Assembly (NCBI GenBank): GCA_041675165.1
Contig: JBAYUI010000003.1
Location: 1 to 62,182 of the forward strand
DNA: 62,182 nt
Direction of reading: 5' to 3'
Source: Parcubacteria group bacterium
GTDB taxonomy: Bacteria > Patescibacteriota > Minisyncoccia > Moranbacterales > UBA2206
The position numbers and the translations under genes are program-made. The first letter of the stretch is position 1. The number at the start of each line of letters is the position of its first letter. Positions 19,232-30,765 of this stretch are shown in pieces. The notes beneath the pieces are model-generated. The model was not told the DNA's origin. It saw only the letters and a program-made list of their open reading frames with translations, and made no database searches.

Positions 19232-20647
19232 TTAATTATTTAAGGCTTGCACCCTGATCGAGGCCGTTTTTAACGCGTCCGACACCGAAGACTGCCCTTT
19301 GTTCACGCGATCGACCATTTCAGCGAAAATAGCTTCAATCGCCTCAGGATCCGATTCCTTCCAGCTCTTATCGATCAGATTATCCGTCGCGAATACGCCG
19401 ATCCGAGGATCATTTTTCTGTTCTTCTATGATATCCCTTCTGGCCGCCGGCTCGCCGGTCTTTTCCAAAAAACTTTTAGCCGGATCAAAATTAGCACTCA
19501 CCACTTTCCCAAGTCCCGTACCGGAAGTCGGCGGGACAAAAGTCCCATCCGGCTTGGTCGTCAGATAAGTGAGAAAACGCCAAGCATCCGCCACGCGAGT
19601 ATCATTGCTGATGGGGGCCGCGTTCTTGGAACTGCCATAAGGACTGCTTTGCGGAACCTTATTCTTCGCCACCGCATATGCCCAATAATTGGCGAAGTTG
19701 ACCTTGGGCGTATCGGGGAACTGCGGCACGGGGGCAACCGCAAAATCAAGTTTGGGAGCCTTATTGGCAATCGTCGCCATATGCCATGAATAGTTGAACA
19801 TCATCGCCGTATGCCCTTCTGAAAAAGCATCAATTGAATAATGCAAATTGGGGTTCCATGTGTAGTTGGGCGAGCTGGAAACCGCGAATTGGGTGTAGAA
19901 ATTGAGCGCCGCTTCTCCTGGAAAGACAGTCCGCTCTACGGTCATATTTGAATCATTGAATCTCACTCGTCCATCATCGCCTACCATATTGGTTCCATTC
20001 TGAAGCATTATGAGATTCAAGACATCCGTGGAACGATTTATATTATATGCCGTACCGATCGCCGCGGCCGATTGAGTTATGTTTCCCGTGGCGTCGATCC
20101 GCGTCAGCTTCCGCACGTCAGCGATGAATTGGTTCCAATCAGCTGGAGGAGAAGTTATGCCCGCTTCATTGAAAAGACTCTTGTTGTAATATAGGCCAAG
20201 ACTGTCCACGGACAGAGGTGTGGCGTATATCTTTCCGGCATCCACAAAATCTTCCGCGGCCACATCCACGAAATTATTGCGGAATTTCTGTTCATTGACC
20301 ACGCCCACCGCATCCGGAGCAGCTACGATCTTATCCTTGAAAGAAGGCAGCCAAGTATTATTCATAAGGAAGATATCCGGACCTTGCCCTGAGGCCAGCG
20401 CGTCCACTAATTCTTTCTTATATGTATCGGTGGCAATTTTTTTATACGTGATATTGGAAATGTTCGGATCGATCTTCTTGTAATTTTCGAAAATTTCATT
20501 CAGTGCATCGCTTTGGTCCAAGGTTCCCCAGATTTCCAAGCTCAAGTCGTATTGATGGACGCCCGCTTTTTTGCAGCCGCAACCGGAGACCGTCAGAAGT
20601 CCGGCGAGAAATATGAAAGCTATGGCTATTCTTATTTTGTGATTCAT
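19232..20647 (-). CDS. Extracellular solute-binding lipoprotein (sugar ABC-type SBP)
   Basis: Lipobox VSGC, LASGQGPDIF, PLSVDSLGLYYNK, PPADWNQF, F.EG.TAMMFNY. Confidence 0.85.
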   Translation of the reverse strand: MNHKIRIAIAFIFLAGLLTVSGCGCKKAGVHQYDLSLEIWGTLDQSDALNEIFENYKKIDPNISNITYKKIATDTYKKELVDALASGQGPDIFLMNNTWLPSFKDKIVAAPDAVGVVNEQKFRNNFVDVAAEDFVDAGKIYATPLSVDSLGLYYNKSLFNEAGITSPPADWNQFIADVRKLTRIDATGNITQSAAAIGTAYNINRSTDVLNLIMLQNGTNMVGDDGRVRFNDSNMTVERTVFPGEAALNFYTQFAVSSSPNYTWNPNLHYSIDAFSEGHTAMMFNYSWHMATIANKAPKLDFAVAPVPQFPDTPKVNFANYWAYAVAKNKVPQSSPYGSSKNAAPISNDTRVADAWRFLTYLTTKPDGTFVPPTSGTGLGKVVSANFDPAKSFLEKTGEPAARRDIIEEQKNDPRIGVFATDNLIDKSWKESDPEAIEAIFAEMVDRVNKGQSSVSDALKTASIRVQALNN

Positions 20648-20680
20648 TTTATTTTTTAATCATTCTAAAAATTAGGCCGC

Positions 20681-21268
20681 CTATTTCCCCAAGATCATTC
20701 CGAAATAGAATTTATTGATATCCAATTCTTTTTTGATCCCTAGTCCGTTCTTCCTGACAAGCTTGATCAGATCCTCGTGCGCTATGCGCGTGCCCATTTC
20801 CGGCCCGAAAGAATTGTGGGAATTCTTCCAATCGATCAGAAGGATATGCCCGTCTTCTTTCAAGATCCTTTTCGCTTCTCCGAGAATGCGGCTTTTCTTA
20901 TCGTTCTGATAGAGCACATTGACCATAATGACCCAATCCGCACTGGCTTCTTCCAAAGTAGAGCCGTCTTTTTCTTCCAAATTGACTTTTTTCTCGATGA
21001 CATTTCTCAGTCCCAGATTCTTTGCCTGCGCGCGAATCATATCAATCTTATAATCCAAGATGTCCAAAGCCCAGATCTTTCCCGTCTCTCCAATCCGCGC
21101 CGCGATGGGAAAAGTGAAGTATCCGGTCCCACAGCCGAAGTGGGCCACTTTCATCCCGAGGCGCATCTCCAGTCCCGCCACGATATTTTGCGGATTTAAA
21201 AATTGGACCTCACCCGAAGACAGTGGAACGGTTCTTTTCGCTCTGGTTTCTTTTTTTTCTTCCGTCAT
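20681..21268 (-). CDS. Class I SAM-dependent methyltransferase
   Basis: VAHFGCGTG motif I variant, WALDI, LKEDGHILLIDW; start placed at MTEEKK. Confidence 0.85.
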   Translation of the reverse strand: MTEEKKETRAKRTVPLSSGEVQFLNPQNIVAGLEMRLGMKVAHFGCGTGYFTFPIAARIGETGKIWALDILDYKIDMIRAQAKNLGLRNVIEKKVNLEEKDGSTLEEASADWVIMVNVLYQNDKKSRILGEAKRILKEDGHILLIDWKNSHNSFGPEMGTRIAHEDLIKLVRKNGLGIKKELDINKFYFGMILGK

Positions 21269-21392
21269 TTTTTTGTTTTCCTTAACTATCCATATTCTAC
21301 AATAATTTTGAAAAATCAACAACCGTTTTTTCCACAACCCGCGCGCCAGTTGATAAGTTTGCGATATTTGTGTAGATTATTAGAGTAACTAT

Positions 21393-21482
<90 letters not shown>

Positions 21483-21492
21483 TCATCACGTT

Positions 21493-21520
21493 GTAGAGAC
21501 GCGATTAATCGCGTCTCTAC
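21493..21520. repeat. GTAG-type REP-like perfect palindrome (28 bp)
   Basis: gtagagacgcgatt|aatcgcgtctctac, 10 nt after tRNA-Ser. Confidence 0.8.
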
Positions 21521-21570
21521 GGCGACCCTTGCCATCCTTGACAACATTATCTTTTCCTATAAAATACTAA

Positions 21571-21597
21571 TTAGCAGTCTAACACTGCGAGTGCTAA
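21571..21597 (+). promoter_or_regulatory. CIRCE operator (HrcA site) upstream of groES
   Basis: ttagcagtc-N9-gagtgctaa (one mismatch to TTAGCACTC-N9-GAGTGCTAA); ttgaca at 21538. Confidence 0.9.
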
Positions 21598-21614
21598 TCA
21601 TTAATAAAACTACC

Positions 21615-23616
<2,002 letters not shown>

Positions 23617-23642
23617 AAAAAATTCTCAACATTAGTCTTTAT

Positions 23643-23670
23643 AAAAGAACTGCTCTAGGGCAGTTCTTTT
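23643..23670 (+). terminator. Intrinsic terminator after groEL
   Basis: aaaagaactgc-tctagg-gcagttctttt. Confidence 0.8.
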
Positions 23671-23768
23671 ACATTTCAACCTTGACAATCCTCCTCCTAT
23701 CCTGATAACCTATCGTTATTCATCAAAAACATTTTTTATCAAATAAAAATCATTCCGGGGGGTATATT

Positions 23769-24062
23769 ATGATTCTTGTTAAAATTAGTGGCCTTAGCGG
23801 ATATTACGTGCGAGGTGATGATAGCAGGTTCTTTACCTTAACAAAAGACAAGCCCTACGTGAAAGAACTCATTGTGACAAACTATTACAATAAGGAGAAC
23901 GGGGATAATAAAGGTTCAGAAAATGTTATTGAAATCTATTTCGAAAAAACTTCTACCGATGCCTGTTACGAACTCCTATCCGATCTGCAAGGAAATTTTA
24001 CAGACTATTCTATCATAGCCATAGAAGCAGCAACCATAATTCCCTGCAAAAAGAAAAATTAG
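23769..24062 (+). CDS. Hypothetical protein (97 aa)
   Basis: Own promoter (ttgaca at 23682, extended -10), SD-like ggggg, and terminator at 24093-24120. Confidence 0.6.
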   Translation: MILVKISGLSGYYVRGDDSRFFTLTKDKPYVKELIVTNYYNKENGDNKGSENVIEIYFEKTSTDACYELLSDLQGNFTDYSIIAIEAATIIPCKKKN

Positions 24063-24151
24063 CTATTCATTGAGCTATCCAAGTTACATCATAGGTTCAG
24101 ACCTCTCGTCTGAACCTTTTTTATTCCCTGCTTTCGTATTTCGTATTCTAA

Positions 24152-24330
24152 TTCAAGCCCTGCGTAGCGGACGGGAACAAATTCAAGCGAACGAGCGTTA
24201 AGAATTTATTCATAATTAGATGTTAAGGGGAGTTAATAAATTTAGTGAGAGAGCGAAGAATTTGTCCGGACGCTGAGCTGGCTTGAGAGTTTTCTTTTGT
24301 TACTTTTCTTTTGCGGAAAAAGAAAAGTGA
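24152..24330. repeat. Long imperfect hairpin element ending in a cttttcttttg...aaagaaaag hairpin
   Basis: Nested pairings tcaagcc/ggcttga, acaaattc/gaatttgt, aatttatt/aataaatt with purine-rich internal loops. Confidence 0.55.
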
Positions 24331-24394
24331 AAGCTTTACATTCCCCCGCTTTAATGCTAGCCTGAAGAAAGTAACCAGCAAAATTATCTCGGAA

Positions 24395-24910
24395 ATGGCC
24401 AACATCATCCAAACTTATTCCCCCTATCTTTTGCTTGGCTTTTTGTTTGCTTTCCTGATTTTCCTGATTTGGAACATTGCACTTCAGCTCCAATTCAGCC
24501 GCTTGAAAAAGAGAAGTTTTGAGTTTTTCGGCGGTAATAAAGTAAATAACCTCGAAGAGTTGTTGCTTTCCCAAACCAAATCGATAAAGCTCCTCGACAA
24601 AGACATCCAGGAACTCTATACTATCTCCAATCAAATCAATGCACTAGCTTTCAAAGGTTTTCACAAATTGGGTGTCGTCCGCTTCAATCCGTTCAAAGAT
24701 GTCGGCGGCGATCAAAGTTTTTCCGTGGCACTTTTGAATGGCAAAAATGACGGCTTGACCATTTCCTCGCTTTTCACTCGCGAAGGTTCTCGCGTCTATA
24801 CCAAAACCATAACAGGCGGCGTTTCGGAAAAACATCCTTTGACCGAAGAGGAAAAAGAGGCTATCCAACTCGCTATCAGCTCTAAAAATTTAATTGAAAA
24901 AACCAAATAA
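24395..24910 (+). CDS. DUF4446-like membrane-anchored coiled-coil protein
   Basis: KLGVVRFNPFKDVGGDQSFSVALL...SRVYTK...LTEEEKEAI; start placed at MANIIQ. Confidence 0.8.
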   Translation: MANIIQTYSPYLLLGFLFAFLIFLIWNIALQLQFSRLKKRSFEFFGGNKVNNLEELLLSQTKSIKLLDKDIQELYTISNQINALAFKGFHKLGVVRFNPFKDVGGDQSFSVALLNGKNDGLTISSLFTREGSRVYTKTITGGVSEKHPLTEEEKEAIQLAISSKNLIEKTK

Positions 24911-24912
24911 TC

Positions 24913-26697
24913 ATGATCGAAACTACGCCTACGCCCAAAAAAATATCTTTGCCGAAAGTTATCACCGTCAAAAAATTCGGGGAAGTTTTGAATTTGTCCA
25001 TCAGCGTTATCATCACCGAGCTGATGAAAAATGGCATCTTGGCCACCATCAATGAAAAAATAGACTTCGAAACTGCCTCGATCATCGCACAAGATCTAGG
25101 TTTTTCCGTTTCAGAAGAAGTAGCGGAAAACAGCGACGCTATGACCTTAGAAAATCTGAACGAGCTTCTTAAGAAAGAAAAATTCTCCGGAGAAAATTTG
25201 AAAGGCCGTTCGCCGATTGTCACTATCTTGGGACACGTCGATCACGGCAAAACCACTCTGCTTGATACCATCCGGAAAGCCAGCGTAGCCGCGGGAGAAT
25301 CCGGCGGCATCACGCAACACATCACCGCCTATCAAGTCAAGAAAAAGGGCCAGATGATCACTTTCGTTGATACCCCAGGACACGAGGCTTTCAGCGCCAT
25401 GCGTGAACGTGGCGTGAGCCTGGCTGATATTGCAGTTCTGGTAGTGGCCGCCGATGACGGCGTCAGACCTCAGACCAAAGAAGTAATCGACTATCTACTG
25501 GCCAAAAAGATCCCGACCGTAGTGGCGATAAACAAGATTGACAAACCGGAAGCCAACATCCAAAGAGTGAAACAGGAACTGGCCGACAACGGCATCGTGC
25601 TCGAAGAATGGGGTGGATCGGTCCTCGCTTCCAAAATCAGCGCCAAGAAAAATATAGGCATCGATGATTTACTCGATAATATCCTTCTCGTGGCTGAGGT
25701 GGAAGATTTCCAAGCCGACTATTCTCGCGATCCCTTAGGCGTCGTTTTGGAATCCCATCTCGACCCGCAAAAAGGTCCCGTTGCCACTGTTTTAGTCAAG
25801 ACCGGCACACTTAAAGAAGGCCAGGACATCGTAGCCGGAACCACTTTTGGCCGCGTCCGCCGCATTGAAAATTTCAAAGGGCAAAGGATTACCGAAGCCG
25901 GCCCATCCGCGCCTATCAGCCTTATAGGGCTCAACAGCGCGCCTAATTCCAATGATATTCTGCAAGTCGCGTCGAACAAAGCCACTGCCAGAAACCAAGC
26001 CCTCATAGGAAAATTCAACCAAGCAGGAATGCAAGACACTGGAAATACTCGGACTGTGATGAAAACCATTGTGGACGAAAAAGTGAAACGCCTGAACATC
26101 ATCTTGAAATCTGACGTGCAAGGCTCTTTGGAAGCCATCCAACAGATCCTCGGAGAGATCAAATCGGACGAGGTCGCCATCGACTACATCGAAATGGGTG
26201 TCAGCAACATCACTGAGTCGGATGTCCGCTTGGCAGGCAGCACAAGCGCTATCGTCTATGGCTTCAATGTCGAAGCCACCACCGTGGCTAAACGAATGGC
26301 AGACAACGCCAAAGTGGAAATCAAGAACTTCCGCGTCATCTACGAATTGGTGGATGACATCAAAAGCAAACTGATCGCTATGCTCCCACCGATCGTCGAA
26401 CGCACCGACTTCGGCAAATTGCAAGTCCTCGCCATTTTCAAAACCGGCCGCGGCGATATGATCGTGGGCGGGAAGATCCTTTCCGGCAAGATGGTCAATG
26501 GCACCCTCATCGAAGTGATGCGCGGCGAGAATGTTATCGGCAAAGGCACGCTGAAAAATCTGCAGGAGAACAAGGTGGACGTGGATGAAGTCACCAAGAA
26601 CAAAGAATGCGGTGTCACTTTCCTCGGCGAAACCAAGATCAAAGTCGATGATACCATCTTGTGCTATCGCGAAGAAATCAAAAAAAGAACATTGTAA
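24913..26697 (+). CDS. infB: Translation initiation factor IF-2 (short N-terminus)
   Basis: GHVDHGKTTLLD, GGITQHI, DTPGHEAF, NKID, KSDVQGSLEA. Confidence 0.98.
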   Translation: MIETTPTPKKISLPKVITVKKFGEVLNLSISVIITELMKNGILATINEKIDFETASIIAQDLGFSVSEEVAENSDAMTLENLNELLKKEKFSGENLKGRSPIVTILGHVDHGKTTLLDTIRKASVAAGESGGITQHITAYQVKKKGQMITFVDTPGHEAFSAMRERGVSLADIAVLVVAADDGVRPQTKEVIDYLLAKKIPTVVAINKIDKPEANIQRVKQELADNGIVLEEWGGSVLASKISAKKNIGIDDLLDNILLVAEVEDFQADYSRDPLGVVLESHLDPQKGPVATVLVKTGTLKEGQDIVAGTTFGRVRRIENFKGQRITEAGPSAPISLIGLNSAPNSNDILQVASNKATARNQALIGKFNQAGMQDTGNTRTVMKTIVDEKVKRLNIILKSDVQGSLEAIQQILGEIKSDEVAIDYIEMGVSNITESDVRLAGSTSAIVYGFNVEATTVAKRMADNAKVEIKNFRVIYELVDDIKSKLIAMLPPIVERTDFGKLQVLAIFKTGRGDMIVGGKILSGKMVNGTLIEVMRGENVIGKGTLKNLQENKVDVDEVTKNKECGVTFLGETKIKVDDTILCYREEIKKRTL

Positions 26698-26704
26698 AAA
26701 TATT

Positions 26705-26840
26705 GGCAATAACCAAGGTACAAGCAACAAGATACAAACAAATTTCAAATTACAATAATCAAAAATCAAACCATTTGGTTATTTGAAAATTGATTATTGA
26801 ATATTGTTTGGTTATTGTATCTTGTATCTTTATTGGGTTT
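26705..26840. repeat. Inverted array of degenerate 7-mers between infB and rbfA
   Basis: caagataca/caaattaca/caaaaatca units mirrored by tgattattg/tgtatcttg units. Confidence 0.75.
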
Positions 26841-26843
26841 ATT

Positions 26844-27173
26844 ATGTCCAATCGCATCATCAAAATCAACGACCTCATCCGCCAAAATGTGGATGAAATT
26901 TTACTGAAAGAGCTCTCTCTCAAAGAGGGTGTTTTTATAACTATCGCCAAGGTTGACACTTCTCCTGATCTCCGCTATACTCGGATATTCGTCAGTATTT
27001 TTCCTGAAAATGAAATCAGTTACGCGATCAAAACTTTGCAAAAAGAAGCCTACAAAATTCAAGGCAGCCTCAACAAGAAGCTGCACATGAAACCATTGCC
27101 CAAAGTCGAGTTCCGCGTTGATTTCACCGAGTCTAAAGCTGACGAAATAGAGAAATTACTAAAAACTATCTAG
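26844..27173 (+). CDS. rbfA: Ribosome-binding factor A
   Basis: RIIKINDLIR, ITIAKVDTSPDLRYTRIFVS, PKVEFRVD; follows infB. Confidence 0.93.
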   Translation: MSNRIIKINDLIRQNVDEILLKELSLKEGVFITIAKVDTSPDLRYTRIFVSIFPENEISYAIKTLQKEAYKIQGSLNKKLHMKPLPKVEFRVDFTESKADEIEKLLKTI

Positions 27174-27210
27174 TAGTCTTTGCAAAAAGACTTTCTGATC
27201 AAATTCCGTC

Positions 27211-28170
27211 ATGCCTAAATTCGCCCAAGACTTCAACACTCTTAATTTTGCCATCAAAGAATCTGCTCGGATTCTGCTTTTTGCGCATTCCCGTCCGGAC
27301 GGTGACACCATCGGATCAGTCCTGGCTTTGCGCGCTTATGCAGAAAGCCTAGGGAAAGATGTCGCCGTAGCTTGTTTCGATCCTTTTCCTGATTATCTAA
27401 AAAACGTCGCCCATGTCGATTTTTCCACCCCTGATCAACTCGACTTAAAGAAATACAATTTGATCATCGCCGCGGACAGCGTCGAGCGTGGTTTTGAAAA
27501 AATAAAAAATGATTTTCAGGAAAATCAGGTTGTCGCCCTCATCGATCATCATCCCGACATCACCATCCGCGCTGACATCAATATCATTGACGCAACCTAT
27601 TCTTCTGTTTGTGAAATTATTTATGATTTTTTTGAATCGGTTCCAGTGAAAATCACCCGCGACATGGCCACCTATCTTTTACTTGGTATCCTATCTGACA
27701 CTGGCATGTTCCAACATTCCAACACTACCCCACGCGTCATGAGCATTGCTTCAGCTCTCATGAAAGCCGGCGCCCCGATGGCCAAAATAGTCCAAACTTC
27801 TTTTGCCAATAAAAATATTGCCACTCTCCGCTTGTGGGGCAAAGCTTTTGAAAAAGCCCGCATCAATCCGAAAAACGGCATGATTGCGTCCGTCCTCACC
27901 CAAAAAGATCTGGAGGAATGCGGCGCCAGTACCGAAGACATCGCCCGCGTCTCCGAAATCCTCAACACTGTCCCCGGCACCAAATTCGCCCTGATCCTCA
28001 GCGAACGCGGCGACGGCACGATCAAAGGCAGCCTGCGTTCTGAAGAATACAAAGGTGTCGACGTCTCCGCTATCGCCGCCCAACTCGGCGGCGGCGGCCA
28101 CCGCCTCGCCTCCGGTTTTGAAATAAAAGGAACCATCAAGGAAACCGAAGATGGATGGGAGATTGTATAA
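27211..28170 (+). CDS. nrnA: DHH/DHHA1 bifunctional oligoribonuclease/PAP phosphatase
   Basis: HSRPDGDTIGS, IDHH, SDTGMF, GSLRS, GGGGHRLASG. Confidence 0.92.
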   Translation: MPKFAQDFNTLNFAIKESARILLFAHSRPDGDTIGSVLALRAYAESLGKDVAVACFDPFPDYLKNVAHVDFSTPDQLDLKKYNLIIAADSVERGFEKIKNDFQENQVVALIDHHPDITIRADINIIDATYSSVCEIIYDFFESVPVKITRDMATYLLLGILSDTGMFQHSNTTPRVMSIASALMKAGAPMAKIVQTSFANKNIATLRLWGKAFEKARINPKNGMIASVLTQKDLEECGASTEDIARVSEILNTVPGTKFALILSERGDGTIKGSLRSEEYKGVDVSAIAAQLGGGGHRLASGFEIKGTIKETEDGWEIV

Positions 28171-28247
28171 ACATTATTTTATAATATTCAAAAAAATAAA
28201 TGTAACCACGAAAACTAAGTCTAAAGAAAAAATAGATTAGACATTTT

Positions 28248-28282
28248 AAAAGCCTCAATCAATAATACTGATTGAGGCTTTT
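28248..28282. terminator. Bidirectional terminator
   Basis: aaaagcctcaatca-ataatac-tgattgaggctttt between convergent genes. Confidence 0.8.
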
Positions 28283-28290
28283 ACGAAGAC

Positions 28291-29019
28291 TTACTTTTTT
28301 GTTGCTTTTATTACGAGGTAGAATGGAACTTTATCTTCACACCCCCACATTTCTGAGTATTCCTTCATATCATCCTCATTAGCTTTTGGTTCGGACACTT
28401 CCTGAATCAAAAATCCACAACCGATCAATCCATTTAAATATTCTTCAAGCGTATGCTTTTTAGCTACTACCGAAAACTCTTGCTCGTCATTCGTTCGCAA
28501 GACAAGTCGATCTTCATTACCCCAATAATCTGGGTGTTGATTATTAAATTCTACCCATCTTGTCTTTAGCCTTGCTATATACATAGCAGGATGCGGAACA
28601 GCTAGGACAAAAACTCCACCGGACTTCAAGATTCTGCATGTCTCTCTCAACGACTGGTGCATTTCATTATTATTAAAATGCCCAAAAACCATAATTGAAA
28701 CAGCACATTCGAAAGACTCATCCTCTACCGATTTAAGATCCAAGGCCGATTCAATTCTGTATTCAATGCCTAAGTTATCGATTGTCTCTTGATTTATAGC
28801 TGATAGAATGAGTCCTTTGGATACATCCACTGCCGTAATTTTCGCGCCACGACTCGCCAAAATCCTCGATACATATCCGTCGCCACATCCAATATCTATG
28901 ATTCTTTTTCCTCGAACTTCGCTCAGAAGATCAATTGCTTGTGGTCGACAAATATAATCAGACTGAATTGTTTTTTTAGTCCTTCTCCAAAAATTAACAT
29001 TTTTATCATAGCTAGACAT
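28291..29019 (-). CDS. Class I SAM-dependent methyltransferase
   Basis: IIDIGCGDG, AVDVS, ILKSGGVFVLAVPHP; AT-rich. Confidence 0.88.
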   Translation of the reverse strand: MSSYDKNVNFWRRTKKTIQSDYICRPQAIDLLSEVRGKRIIDIGCGDGYVSRILASRGAKITAVDVSKGLILSAINQETIDNLGIEYRIESALDLKSVEDESFECAVSIMVFGHFNNNEMHQSLRETCRILKSGGVFVLAVPHPAMYIARLKTRWVEFNNQHPDYWGNEDRLVLRTNDEQEFSVVAKKHTLEEYLNGLIGCGFLIQEVSEPKANEDDMKEYSEMWGCEDKVPFYLVIKATKK

Positions 29020-29040
29020 GAGTTATTCTCCTTTTTGCTG

Positions 29041-29763
29041 TTATAGGGATTTAAGTTGTCTAACGGCATAATCGTATATCTTCTTATCAATTTCATACCC
29101 AATATACCGCCCGCCACGCCTCAGCACATGACAACCCAATTTCGCCGTTCCCATGAAAGGATCAAGCACCGTATCACCCTTTTTGAAATTACTCAGCATC
29201 AGGAATTTATCAATTATTTCCTGAGGAAATGGGCACGGATGCCTTTCCGTTAATTGTTCCATGCGATGATCTGGATATTTGGAATAATATATTTCTCCAT
29301 TTTTGAAATCGCAAGATTCTTTCTTGAAAATCAACCACTGCAAACAATTTGAATGATTCCCATCCGCACCAACCAAATTGAAATATTTTCCAAATTCTCC
29401 AATTGGATTTTCAATATAGTCACTTGCATCCATAAAATCAATATGCCGCGCCCCTAGAAACAACCCCGATTCAATGCAAAATGATTGAATCAGGCCAGCC
29501 AACTGCACGAAATACCCATCGCAAACAATCACATCAGCTGCTTCAATGATTGCGACTCCGTTCCGATTGAGAACGCGTGAGCACTCCGCCATGACATTTT
29601 TCATAACCTTAGAATATTGGCTGAGAGAATTTTTATCATGATATTCTCCAAAAATAAGGCCAACATTAAAAGGAATTGATGTGATTATAATATCCACGGA
29701 GTTACTTTCAACTTCTATCATTCTCTCAGAAGATTTATTGTATATAATCCAATTCTCTTTCAT
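29041..29763 (-). CDS. Beta-class N4-C/N6-A DNA methyltransferase-like protein with atypical motif IV (SIPF)
   Basis: VDIIITSIPFN, HPCPFP, VLDPFMGTA, YIGYEID in beta order; SD aagga before MKENW. Confidence 0.8.
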   Translation of the reverse strand: MKENWIIYNKSSERMIEVESNSVDIIITSIPFNVGLIFGEYHDKNSLSQYSKVMKNVMAECSRVLNRNGVAIIEAADVIVCDGYFVQLAGLIQSFCIESGLFLGARHIDFMDASDYIENPIGEFGKYFNLVGADGNHSNCLQWLIFKKESCDFKNGEIYYSKYPDHRMEQLTERHPCPFPQEIIDKFLMLSNFKKGDTVLDPFMGTAKLGCHVLRRGGRYIGYEIDKKIYDYAVRQLKSL

Positions 29764-29909
29764 AGCACCGTCCTTTTTCAGTTGATTTTTAAACAACTCT
29801 CTTTTCCCATCCCAACAAGCCATTATACCTGAAAATAAACTACTTGTCCATGATGTGGTTGTTTTATTATTTATTTCTAGTATATCTATGCCATTTTATC
29901 TCTTATTTA

Positions 29910-29938
29910 TTGACATTTCACCCACTTTTTGCTATACT
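29910..29938 (+). promoter_or_regulatory. Sigma70-type promoter for the TrmB-family gene
   Basis: ttgaca-N17-tatact. Confidence 0.75.
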
Positions 29939-29973
29939 GTATTTGATGACCGTTTTTTGGACATTTAATAATT

Positions 29974-30702
29974 ATGCTGCAAAAGAAACTGCAACAATTG
30001 GGTTTTGAAGAAAAAGAGGCGACGCTCTATGCCGCTCTCTTGGAATTGGGCGAAGCGGGCGTGGTGGATATCGCGCGAAAATCAGGCCTCAAAAGAACAA
30101 CTGTCTATCACATTTTAGACAACCTGAAGCTGCGTGGGCTTGTCAGTCAAACCAAAAAAGGCAAGCGAGTCATCTATCTCGCCGAAGACCCTCACTCTAT
30201 CGGAGAAGACCTGAAAGAAAAAGAAAAACTTTTTCAAAAAACATTGCCTGAACTTTTGTCGATTGCCAACCTGATGGAAAAGAAACCCATCATTAGATAT
30301 TTCGAAGGCCTAAATGGCATTAAAGAAGTTTATAAAGACGAACTAAAACAGAGCAATAGCGAACTTCTATGTTGGTGGGCAGAAAGTTATGAAATTTTTG
30401 GAGATGCTTTTGTAATTGATTACTATATGCCGGAACGCATAAAAAGAAAGATTTGGAACCGTTCAATTGTTCCGAAAAGTGAATACGCCCTTTATCATAA
30501 ACGATTTGACCAAGAAAGTTTGCGTCAGATCAGAATTGCCCCACTCGATCCTATTTTCGCCGAACTAGAACTTAGCCTTTATGCAAATAATAAAACATCC
30601 ATCAAATCCTTCCAAGAAAAATTCGCCCTCATCATCGAAAGCAAGGCACTCTACAATACGCTGAAAAATATTTTCGAATTACAGTGGAAAGGTCTAAAAT
30701 AA
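29974..30702 (+). CDS. TrmB-family transcriptional regulator (paralogue 1)
   Basis: LGFEEKEATLY.ALLELG...IARKSGLKRTTVY.IL..L...GLV; RYFEGLNGIKEVY. Confidence 0.88.
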   Translation: MLQKKLQQLGFEEKEATLYAALLELGEAGVVDIARKSGLKRTTVYHILDNLKLRGLVSQTKKGKRVIYLAEDPHSIGEDLKEKEKLFQKTLPELLSIANLMEKKPIIRYFEGLNGIKEVYKDELKQSNSELLCWWAESYEIFGDAFVIDYYMPERIKRKIWNRSIVPKSEYALYHKRFDQESLRQIRIAPLDPIFAELELSLYANNKTSIKSFQEKFALIIESKALYNTLKNIFELQWKGLK

Positions 30703-30765
30703 AGTGAATTTTATTTATCTATTTACTGTATTATACTAAACAATAGATATCTAATCCCAAATTTT

